Positions 16,674 to 24,118 of a stretch of DNA of 24,118 bases are shown in pieces (position 1 is the first letter of the stretch; every line of letters begins with the position of its first letter). Position numbers and translations under genes: made by a program. Under the pieces are notes generated by a model. That model was not told the DNA's origin, searched no databases, and worked only from the letters and a program-made list of their open reading frames with translations. Source of the DNA: a virus (Duplodnaviria > Caudoviricetes); IMG/VR virus record IMGVR_UViG_3300006749_000124, positions 1 to 24,118 of that record. The stretch is one strand, 5' to 3'.

Positions 16674-17127
16674 AGAAGGACAATTTACAGTAATTGATGG
16701 TAAAACTTATCAAGTGATGCGTATTGAAGAACAAACTGCACATCTTCAGAATGTCGAAACGTATAAAGGGCGACCGCGTAAGATGTTGGCGAGGTTGGTC
16801 CCTTATTTCGCTGAAGACGGAAACCTTATTGTGCCTGAGCCTGTGACCGAAACTGCGATTCCAACGCGAAAACTGACTTCTAAAGTCAACATTAGAAAGA
16901 TTATTGCAGAAAATACTGAGATGCAAGTTTCAAAGAATGCAATTATGTGGCTACATGAACAGTTAGAAGGAATTTGTGAAGCCCTAATCAGTCAAGCAGA
17001 ATTGAAAGCCGAGTTCCATAATCACAAAAGAATTGAACCGAGACATATTCAACATGTCCCAATCCCTGAAAGCGCACCAGATTATGTATATCTGAGTCAT
17101 GATGATTATGTTAAGGATGGAATCTGA
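16666..17127 (+). CDS. Histone-fold protein with N-terminal beta-rich domain
   Basis: IRKIIAEN (alpha1), MQVSKNA (L1), IMWLHEQLEGICEALISQAELKA (alpha2), HKRIEPRHIQ (L2-alpha3). GGTGA site before ATG 16666. Confidence 0.75.
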   Translation: MIKEGQFTVIDGKTYQVMRIEEQTAHLQNVETYKGRPRKMLARLVPYFAEDGNLIVPEPVTETAIPTRKLTSKVNIRKIIAENTEMQVSKNAIMWLHEQLEGICEALISQAELKAEFHNHKRIEPRHIQHVPIPESAPDYVYLSHDDYVKDGI

Positions 17128-17483
17128 TGTATTCGGAACCCTTAGTTACTGAATGGCTAGAGAAATATGATAACGTAACGTCTTTTTCTTTTATGGTATT
17201 CTTTAAACTAACAGAAGAAGAAATGATGTTACTTTCTAAGGGTTTAACAGTTAGACTATTGTTCCTAAGTAAGAATGGTGAATTTGCATTAGTGCATGAT
17301 GAAGTGGATGAAGAATTAGCAAAGGCATTAGGGACATATCAAGGAATCAATCTATGCTTTATTTTTCCCGGAGACTATTCAGACTTAGAAGAAATGGTTA
17401 GAAGCACGGTGTTAGAAGGACTTGAATTCTTAAGATTAAAAGGTGAATATCTTGGAATGGCAAAGGTGAAAGACAATGTTTAG
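17127..17483 (+). CDS. Acidic hypothetical protein
   Basis: TGATG-coupled ORF of 118 aa. Confidence 0.7.
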   Translation: MYSEPLVTEWLEKYDNVTSFSFMVFFKLTEEEMMLLSKGLTVRLLFLSKNGEFALVHDEVDEELAKALGTYQGINLCFIFPGDYSDLEEMVRSTVLEGLEFLRLKGEYLGMAKVKDNV

Positions 17484-17895
17484 TAAAGAAAATCTGGAAG
17501 GTATCTTTCTTAGTTTGGCTAAGACAGAAGTTTCAATCGAGAGGGTTGATTCATCCAATATTGGTTACAGAGTTAGACTAAGAGTAAATCTTCGTTCTGA
17601 TTCTGAAAGATTTTTACTAGGTATAAAAAGAAGTCTTCTTCAACATGATATTGATTCCGTGTATAAACAAAGTGAACATAAGACTAGACCAAGACCAATC
17701 TTAAGAATCGGTGGGATTAAGAATCTCTATAAACTGTGTGAAATTGTTTCACCAGATTTACCGGATTCAAAGCACGAATGGGAACCATTTAGAGAAGCAG
17801 TATCTTTAGTTTCAAATGGTCAGCATCTTAAATTAGAAGGAATCGAAGAATTATTTAGAATTAAAATGGGAGAGAATTGGAATGGGGCTGACTAA
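17476..17895 (+). CDS. Single-domain LAGLIDADG-fold protein, probably catalytically inactive
   Basis: LEGIFLSLA in place of LAGLIDADG, then GYRVRLRVNL, FLLGIK, ILRIGG..NL and K..W..F...V.L.....HL..EG...L..IK as in I-CreI-type families. Confidence 0.6.
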   Translation: MFSKENLEGIFLSLAKTEVSIERVDSSNIGYRVRLRVNLRSDSERFLLGIKRSLLQHDIDSVYKQSEHKTRPRPILRIGGIKNLYKLCEIVSPDLPDSKHEWEPFREAVSLVSNGQHLKLEGIEELFRIKMGENWNGAD

Positions 17896-18727
17896 TACAA
17901 AAACAATACGACCAATCTTAATTACCGGCAAACCCGGATATGGAAAAAGTATGAAGGCTAAAACCTTCTGCGAGAATCCAATGTTGATGTTCGCTAACGA
18001 AGTGGACACAACAGATATTGGTTCTCATCCGAAAGAGGATGGAATCATTATTGAAGATGTTCATCATAAGCCAAACAAGGATGACATTTTACATATCCTT
18101 CGAAACTATCGAGGACAGGTAGTATTAACTTCAATTAATGAAAAATCTGTTCCTAAGGAAATTAAAGATATGTGTCAGATTAAAAGAGCAGGACGAACGA
18201 ATCACTTAGCCAATCAGATTCTTTCTATTGCTCCAAACTCTGAAGAACCTGTTAAGAGCGACATGGATGTTTTTAGTCTATGTATGGAGTTCTTAAAGAG
18301 TCGAGATAGAGATGAAGTAATGCATAAACTCAAATTTAATGCTCATTCAGATACTCAAATACTTTCTTGGTTGAGCCAAAACATGCATCCAAATAGACTT
18401 ATCTTTGTGGATGGCTACGTTAAACGTAGGTGGTCAAGCGATTACTTCTGGGAAATGCTTGCATATTCTCACGAAGGAGGACACGTTGGAAGAATGAACT
18501 TTCCGAAAAGGTTCAACTATTCTAAGATTCCTTACATCTGTAGAAAATTAGGAGTAAGGGATGAAAGGGTTCTAAGACAGTTACTCAAAGACGAAGACTT
18601 CAAAAATTGGGCGAAGTCGAAACTAAACAATTCAGAATGTCGTATGCTGAAGATTGGAGAAAAGAAGCGACGAAAGAAGACGGACCCTGTTCGTTATGAT
18701 ACAGGGACGCTAGATAAATTTATGTGA
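17882..18727 (+). CDS. rfcL: Clamp-loader (RFC) large-subunit-like AAA+ protein
   Basis: Walker A GKPGYGKS, Walker B-like IIIEDVH, VVLTSIN, C-terminal PIP-like TGTLDKFM; near RFC small and PCNA. Confidence 0.6.
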   Translation: MGLTNTKTIRPILITGKPGYGKSMKAKTFCENPMLMFANEVDTTDIGSHPKEDGIIIEDVHHKPNKDDILHILRNYRGQVVLTSINEKSVPKEIKDMCQIKRAGRTNHLANQILSIAPNSEEPVKSDMDVFSLCMEFLKSRDRDEVMHKLKFNAHSDTQILSWLSQNMHPNRLIFVDGYVKRRWSSDYFWEMLAYSHEGGHVGRMNFPKRFNYSKIPYICRKLGVRDERVLRQLLKDEDFKNWAKSKLNNSECRMLKIGEKKRRKKTDPVRYDTGTLDKFM

Positions 18728-18732
18728 TTATT

Positions 18733-19020
18733 ATGCAAATTAAAAAACATCAGAAACGAAATAAAATGATTGTTGACGGTTGTGTGGAAATTATCTTAGA
18801 AGAAGGTAGGCCACTTCCAACTTCAACTTTAACAACTATGCTGAGATTTAAGATGCCTAAGGGTTGGCTACCAAAGTCAACGCGGGTAACTTCAAATGTT
18901 CTAGCAAAATGCGACTATGAAAAGAAACTCAGGTGTGTTCCTGAAGATATTAATAGACCGAAGAACAGAAGGTTTCTTTGGACTGTGAGAGATGAATGGA
19001 GGGATTCAATTGAAAATTAA
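18733..19020 (+). CDS. Hypothetical protein, possible winged helix
   Basis: Basic; helix-rich followed by a beta-hairpin-like end (FLWTV). Start uncertain (18724 or 18733). Confidence 0.55.
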   Translation: MQIKKHQKRNKMIVDGCVEIILEEGRPLPTSTLTTMLRFKMPKGWLPKSTRVTSNVLAKCDYEKKLRCVPEDINRPKNRRFLWTVRDEWRDSIEN

Positions 19021-19354
19021 GGTTAAAGAAAACCTATTTGGAAAAATTACGGTTAAGATGGAAGGGACTTGGGAAGAGTTTGCTCCCTTTATTCTTAAAC
19101 CCCCAACTAAGGCTATTTATAAGAAAAACCCAAAAACTTTTAAAGATCAAATGGATAGAGGGATGACATTAGTTCAATTTATGAGAACAGTAAATCATAA
19201 AAATGTTTTTATTTCAAAGAAAGAATTTATTGAAAACTATCAAAAAATACATAATGTCTCACTTGCCTCTACTTATGAGCGATTTCGTAAAGTTCAAACA
19301 AACTTTGATTCAAGAAAAGAAGGGCGCTCGGTATTTATTAAATTGAGGGATTAA
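18992..19354 (+). CDS. Basic hypothetical protein, possible winged helix
   Basis: VSLASTYERF...SRKEGRSVFIKL resembles a recognition helix plus wing; visibly A/T-rich coding sequence. Confidence 0.6.
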   Translation: MNGGIQLKIKVKENLFGKITVKMEGTWEEFAPFILKPPTKAIYKKNPKTFKDQMDRGMTLVQFMRTVNHKNVFISKKEFIENYQKIHNVSLASTYERFRKVQTNFDSRKEGRSVFIKLRD

Positions 19355-19355
19355 A

Positions 19356-20264
19356 ATGCTATGGACAGAAAAATATAGACCAAACAATCTAAACGATATT
19401 GTCGGACAGGAACACTTCACAATGGATGCTAAGTCTTGGGTGGAAGAACGTAATATGCCTAATGTATTATTGTTCGGTAATCCCGGAAATGGTAAAACTG
19501 CGGCAGGAATCGCTTTAGCAAAGACAATGCTTGGCGATGCTTTTCGAGATAACTTCATTGAAGTGAATGCGTCTGATGACCGACGGCTAGAAACCGTAAG
19601 GACCACTATTAAATCTGTGGCGCAAAGTGGAACTATTGGCGATGTTCCTTTCCGTATCATGTTACTTGATGAAATGGATGGGATGACTTCGGATGCACAG
19701 AACGCTCTTAAGCGAATCATGGAAAGATATTCTTCGAATATTCGTTTCATTATTACCTGTAACGATAGAAATAAAATTATCTTTGCACTTCAAAGTAGGT
19801 GTGCAAATTACAGGTTCAATCCTTTGAGCCACGAAGTAATTCTTGAAGTTCTTCAAACTATTCTGAAGAAAGAGGAAGTCGAGCGTTTTAGCGAAGATGA
19901 ATTGTCGTCCTTTATAGCCGGTGGCTCCTTGGACTTAAGGAGGGCGATTACTGAAGTCCAAGCGGCTAAGGCAAGTAATACCTCACTTCAAAAGCAAATT
20001 GAAATTGGTCTAGAAGAATATTCTGAAGGACTCGAATTACTATTAACAAATAAAAATTCCGCCCTTCTGCACTTGCAGAAATTGTTAGTTCAAGGTAGGT
20101 CAATCAAAGAAATTTGCATCGGCTTACACGACGCAGTAATCAACAACAAAACTCTTGAACCAAAAATCAAGTTTAAGTTCCTAAGAGCAATTGGCGAAGC
20201 AGAATGGCGGTCCACAACTATGACTCCGAAGGTATTACTTTCGTGGATGGTTGGACAAGTATAA
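19356..20264 (+). CDS. rfcS: Replication factor C small subunit
   Basis: WTEKYRP, GNPGNGKT, EVNASD, LLDEMD, AQNALKRIME, SRC, DLRRAI. Confidence 0.95.
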   Translation: MLWTEKYRPNNLNDIVGQEHFTMDAKSWVEERNMPNVLLFGNPGNGKTAAGIALAKTMLGDAFRDNFIEVNASDDRRLETVRTTIKSVAQSGTIGDVPFRIMLLDEMDGMTSDAQNALKRIMERYSSNIRFIITCNDRNKIIFALQSRCANYRFNPLSHEVILEVLQTILKKEEVERFSEDELSSFIAGGSLDLRRAITEVQAAKASNTSLQKQIEIGLEEYSEGLELLLTNKNSALLHLQKLLVQGRSIKEICIGLHDAVINNKTLEPKIKFKFLRAIGEAEWRSTTMTPKVLLSWMVGQV

Positions 20265-20293
20265 AACAAAAAAATTACCTAAAGGTGAATAAA

Positions 20294-21499
20294 ATGAATG
20301 AAAAAACTAAAAAAGAAATCGCAGATTCCCTGCAATACATTGGGATGACGCAAGAAGAAGCAGAACAAAAATATGAGAACATCTGTAACGAAAATGGTTA
20401 CGAATTGACCGACCCTCTGGGTTTGGCTCTTTATCGCAGTTTCGTTATGCAACACCGACGTTCTCAGAAGCGACCAAGTAATTCTGGCGGGGATTCTCTC
20501 GTTAAGAAGTGTTTTGGTTTCTTCGTAGGTCTTGAAGCACCACGCGATACTCTCGCTTGGAAGCGCCGAAAGGCTAAGGAAGAATATAACCGCGATGTGG
20601 ACAATGCTCTAGAAAAGGGTATTGTTGCAGTTGCGACTCAAAACGCACTTGGAAAGTGGACCGTTTCGGCATATCGAAAGGGTGAATATCAGGAGAAGGT
20701 TATGACTAATCTTCCTCCCGGCGCAGAAGAAGGAAATGATGGACAATACTACATTCCTCTTGATGATACCGAGCGATACATGAATGGTGCTGAAAACAAG
20801 AATTTCGGTAAGCCTCTTGCTCCTGAAGAATACCGTCGTCAAGGAATCTTTTATGGTTCTGTTGATGGTGGCGAAATGGAAATCCGTCCATTCTCGTATA
20901 AGCGAAATCCATGCTTGGAGTTTGCACCAAATACGTTTGAATGGGTTCACTTCCTCGCTATCCCAAATGAGAACGGCAATCTTTACGGAATGACCGATAC
21001 GACTCTAAACAGTCTTATCTTGAACAGTTCGTTATCTCCTGATAACTCTGATTACCGCGACATGTCTAACTTTAACGTCGAAGATTTCCTCGTTGATTCT
21101 TTGAAGGACAATGTTGTTTCTCTTGTGGACCTTGACCGAAAGCACATGGAAAATCTGCAAAGGCCATATAATCAACGCTTTATCGTGACTGATGGCGTGG
21201 TCTGTAACATGAATATGACTCCGACTTCCAACGGAAACCGGATTCTAAACATTACCGACCTTAACGCTGAGTTTGATTACGAAGGTAATGGTGTAGTTAC
21301 CTGTTGGATTCCAGAACACATGGAAATTGATTTCGGTATCGGTTCATCCGTTATTGTTATCGGTAATACTTCGCAACGAACCGTTGATGGCGAAACCGAA
21401 CCTGCAACCATCAATGCTTCTGGCCTTTATGTAATTGAGCGTAAGGGTTCAGTCGTTGAGGCTTCTCCTGTTGTGGAAGAAGCCTACGATTGGTTCTGA
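20294..21499 (+). CDS. Probable OB-fold ssDNA-binding protein (RPA-like)
   Basis: C-terminal OB pattern (VTDGVVCNM...RILNITD...VTCW...FGIGSSVIVIG...INASG), acidic/aromatic tail EEAYDWF, replication-cluster context; GGTGA site before ATG 20294. Confidence 0.65.
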   Translation: MNEKTKKEIADSLQYIGMTQEEAEQKYENICNENGYELTDPLGLALYRSFVMQHRRSQKRPSNSGGDSLVKKCFGFFVGLEAPRDTLAWKRRKAKEEYNRDVDNALEKGIVAVATQNALGKWTVSAYRKGEYQEKVMTNLPPGAEEGNDGQYYIPLDDTERYMNGAENKNFGKPLAPEEYRRQGIFYGSVDGGEMEIRPFSYKRNPCLEFAPNTFEWVHFLAIPNENGNLYGMTDTTLNSLILNSSLSPDNSDYRDMSNFNVEDFLVDSLKDNVVSLVDLDRKHMENLQRPYNQRFIVTDGVVCNMNMTPTSNGNRILNITDLNAEFDYEGNGVVTCWIPEHMEIDFGIGSSVIVIGNTSQRTVDGETEPATINASGLYVIERKGSVVEASPVVEEAYDWF

Positions 21500-21507
21500 T
21501 TTAAACT

Positions 21508-21567
21508 ACCGTGTAAGCGTGGCGGTTGAATGACGCTCAATAGGGTGCAAAGCCCTCCCTTTGGGGG
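21508..21567 (+). promoter_or_regulatory. GC-rich intergenic structured element (possible pseudoknot plus hairpins)
   Basis: ACCGT/GCGGT crosses AGCGT/ACGCT; then AGGG-TGCAAAG-CCCT; CTCCC/GGGGG covers the next ribosome-binding region. Confidence 0.35.
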
Positions 21568-21575
21568 AAAATAAA

Positions 21576-21836
21576 ATGATTAAAGAAAATAGATATTTTT
21601 TACATCCGAACAATTTTGTTGTTGACTTATTTAATGTTGACTTCATCACGTTCAGAGAAAACGAAAAGAAAACAGGCGAATATTGGATTAAGTTTCATAT
21701 TGGCTCAAAAGAATGCAGATATAAAGCAGACGGACAGAAAGAAGTCGCAGAAATCCTCAATATTTGGGGAGATATCCACGGCAAGAATTTAAATGTCGAA
21801 GAATTTGAAATTGGTGGTAGTCATGGGACTTTCTGA
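21576..21836 (+). CDS. Hypothetical protein
   Basis: 86-aa beta-rich ORF with a C-terminal helix. Confidence 0.7.
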   Translation: MIKENRYFLHPNNFVVDLFNVDFITFRENEKKTGEYWIKFHIGSKECRYKADGQKEVAEILNIWGDIHGKNLNVEEFEIGGSHGTF

Positions 21837-22614
21837 AAGAAAAAACACAGAAGCAGCAACGGGGTCATTTAAAGATAGACTTGAAGCACATAAAGCAAAA
21901 CAGATGCAGGATAAGAAGTCCCGTATGGTTTTGGGTATTTGGGGAGAACCAAAGACAGGAAAGACAGGTATTGCTCTCGATTTTCCTGACCGTCCAATTT
22001 ATGTTTTAGATTGGGACATGGGTGTTCAGTCCACTTGGATTGAACATCACGATGCAACGGATAGAATTACCGTGTATTGTCCTATTGAAAAGACTAAGGA
22101 AAATGTAACCGACATTAATCTTTCTGAAAAGAACTCTCACGACTTTATCAAGTATGTTCGTGAGAAGATTGATGAAGGAGAAAAACCAATCTTTGTTATT
22201 GATGGCGTGGACTCTTGGTTTGAAGCCTGTATTTTGAAGGTCAATCCTAACCCTACTGTGGTCACAAAGATTATGCCTTTCCAATATGGTGCGCGAAACA
22301 AGACCTTCGAGCATTTGATGATGGCTATTTATCATCTTCCGTGTGATGTAATTTTCATCACGCACGAATCAGAAAAATATGTGGATAACTCACCCGTTGG
22401 TGTGCAACCAAAATGGCGTGATTGGGGCGGAAAACTTGAGCAAGAGATTCATTGTTACCGTAAGAAGGTAAAGGGTGAAATTCATTATATTGCTGAGTTG
22501 GTTGGAAGTCGAACCAACGGTAATCTTGTTGGGACGCAATTTACTACGAGACAAGGAACACCACCAAATATTATTTGGAACGGCATTCCTGAACTCCAAC
22601 AAAATAGAATTTGA
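21823..22614 (+). CDS. RecA-superfamily P-loop ATPase (Sak4/RadB-like recombination protein)
   Basis: GIWGEPKTGKT, VLDWD.G, FVIDG, IFITHE; lies near the SSB. Confidence 0.75.
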   Translation: MGLSERKNTEAATGSFKDRLEAHKAKQMQDKKSRMVLGIWGEPKTGKTGIALDFPDRPIYVLDWDMGVQSTWIEHHDATDRITVYCPIEKTKENVTDINLSEKNSHDFIKYVREKIDEGEKPIFVIDGVDSWFEACILKVNPNPTVVTKIMPFQYGARNKTFEHLMMAIYHLPCDVIFITHESEKYVDNSPVGVQPKWRDWGGKLEQEIHCYRKKVKGEIHYIAELVGSRTNGNLVGTQFTTRQGTPPNIIWNGIPELQQNRI

Positions 22615-22622
22615 GGGATAAC

Positions 22623-23387
22623 ATGAAATTGAATGTTAATGCTAATGAATTAAAGGACGCTTTAGAAAATCTTCAGGTAAAGGGCAAGTATAATTCCAGA
22701 GGTGGATTAAAGTCTGGTAGTCTTGAAGATATTTTCTATATGTCTGCAAAAGATGGGAAGATTAACCTTTGGTCTGGTAACAATACATTTATTGTGAACA
22801 TCAGTCTTGAAGCCGAAGTGGAATCATCCGGTGGCTATATTGGAAAGTCAGATGGCTTCATCTCTTTCCTAAAGCGTTTTGATGGTGATGTAAGGCTTGA
22901 GTTTGATGACTACATGATTATCAAAAGCGAAGGTCGTCAAGCATCACTACCTAGAATTACTGAATGGCCTCAGATGAATGCAATTACTCGAATGGGTGAA
23001 AGGCTATCTGATATTCCATATGCCTTAGACCCAGAAAAACTTCCGTCATTTGGTAAGGCAAACTTTGAAGGAGCCTTTGTGCTGACTTCAAATCAATTTA
23101 GTGACGTAATTACTTCGTGTGAACTAGTTAAAGAGGGAATCTATAAGATTGAGTTTAAGAAAGACTCTCTCGTATTCTCTTCTCAAATGTCCACAGAATC
23201 GAAGTTTTCACAAACTGTGGAACCTGCGTTTAGAACAGGCGACCCTGCCACTTTGGAGTATAGTGGTCCACTCCATAAGTTTTTCAAGAAAGACCAATTA
23301 CTGACTTTTTATGTGCTAGACGATGCACCCTTGGTTATCATCGCTGATGACCGAAGGCTCGTTAAGGCTCCACATCAAGGTGTTTAA
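22623..23387 (+). CDS. pcn: DNA sliding clamp (PCNA-like)
   Basis: About 254 aa with two repeated alpha/beta halves (NANELKDALENL; TSNQFSDVITSC), ending DAPLVI...LVKAP; between the ATPase and PolB. Confidence 0.7.
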   Translation: MKLNVNANELKDALENLQVKGKYNSRGGLKSGSLEDIFYMSAKDGKINLWSGNNTFIVNISLEAEVESSGGYIGKSDGFISFLKRFDGDVRLEFDDYMIIKSEGRQASLPRITEWPQMNAITRMGERLSDIPYALDPEKLPSFGKANFEGAFVLTSNQFSDVITSCELVKEGIYKIEFKKDSLVFSSQMSTESKFSQTVEPAFRTGDPATLEYSGPLHKFFKKDQLLTFYVLDDAPLVIIADDRRLVKAPHQGV

Positions 23388-24118
23388 ATGATTATCTGTA
23401 AAGCAGCAACAGGAAGACACATCTATAAATCATGGAGAGAAAACGGTGAAAAGAAGACTGAGTTAGTCGAATTTAGCCCATATTTCTATGTTGAAGATGC
23501 TCATCCTGAACCGAGGGAATATAAGATATCTAGGACTCTATCGCGTGAGTTTGAGTTTCAAAAGACTGATGCAGTTAGTCTTGACGGAGTATCTCTTAAG
23601 AAGGTATTTATTGATAAGTCTAACGACATTTATCGAGCAAAGGAAAGTTTCTCAAAGACTTGGGAAGCAGATGTTCCATATCATTTCCGTTATTGCGTTG
23701 ATGAAATGGAGGAAATGCCTGAGTATAAGATGAGAAAATGGTATTGGGATATGGAATGGATGCCTAGTGGAGAACATAAAGATGTGATTACTGCAATCAG
23801 TCTTTATGATAACTTTACAGAAACATTCTATCTTTGGACTTGGTTCCCAGAAGAAAGGGAAGACTTTGGAACCCCTAAGATTGAAGAGTATGAAAATGAG
23901 ATGTATGTCTTTTCTTCTGAAAAAGAAATGCTTGAAAGTTTTACGCAGACAATGATTGAGCAAGACCCCGATATGCTTATTGCTTGGTTTGGGCTTAAGT
24001 TCGATTTGCCGGTTCTTTTGAAGCGAATGTGTGCTAACGACCTCAACCCTCATATGCTCAGTCCTATTTATACCGTGGACGGCATCAAGAACCGTAAGGG
24101 AGGTTATGAATACGTTAA
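23388..24118 (+). CDS. polB: Family B DNA polymerase, N-terminal/exonuclease part (partial; not in the ORF track)
   Basis: Open to the window end: FSPYFYV, WEADVPYHFRYCVD, ExoI WYWDMEW, SEKEML..F, ExoII DPDMLIAWFGLKFDLP. Confidence 0.92.
   Translation, partial: MIICKAATGRHIYKSWRENGEKKTELVEFSPYFYVEDAHPEPREYKISRTLSREFEFQKTDAVSLDGVSLKKVFIDKSNDIYRAKESFSKTWEADVPYHFRYCVDEMEEMPEYKMRKWYWDMEWMPSGEHKDVITAISLYDNFTETFYLWTWFPEEREDFGTPKIEEYENEMYVFSSEKEMLESFTQTMIEQDPDMLIAWFGLKFDLPVLLKRMCANDLNPHMLSPIYTVDGIKNRKGGYEYV

Noticed and set aside
21497-21537. TTTAAAC slippery heptamer or UGA readthrough before the putative pseudoknot
   Set aside because: The heptamer lies after the SSB stop and out of phase, and readthrough meets another TGA after nine codons.
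21495-21545. Surface resemblance to a SAM-II riboswitch (CTGATTTAA...GCT...AGGG)
   Set aside because: The required P1 and P2 pairings cannot be formed.
495-24053. Minus-strand ORFs and nested alternate-frame plus ORFs in the track (e.g. 3291-3605, 4565-5068, 19310-19750, 23488-23733, 23652-24053)
   Set aside because: They overlap well-supported + strand genes, show no recognisable motifs and look like shadow ORFs.

Overview
AT-rich, gene-dense 24 kb segment with every credible gene on the + strand and many start/stop overlaps. It is best read as the replication/regulation arm of a large archaeal dsDNA virus genome. The gene set (TFB, ATP-dependent ligase, RFC large and small subunits, OB-fold SSB, PCNA, PolB, class II RNR, chaperonin, tRNA, GGTGA/GGAGG ribosome-binding sites) resembles tailed viruses linked to marine Euryarchaeota/Thermoplasmatota (Magrovirus-like); host and taxonomy are inferred. 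Main observation: a probable virus-encoded ubiquitin-like conjugation system, made of a Ubl ending ...VGG-AF (3349-3555), a candidate divergent E2 (6698-7846), a ThiF/E1 (8709-9266) and a JAB/JAMM protease (10478-11002), interleaved with TFB and a Myb/SANT-repeat protein. The Ubl ORF is enclosed by a 21-bp long-range RNA stem with flanking hairpins. The window also encodes two histone-fold proteins (one with an H2A-like KRIEPRHIQ motif), an apparently inactivated LAGLIDADG protein, GroES/GroEL, an overlapping ORF with a PIP-like motif and a possible intergenic pseudoknot. All calls come from motif reading by eye; no searches were run. Several starts were moved from the ORF track to fit ribosome-binding sites or gene overlaps.
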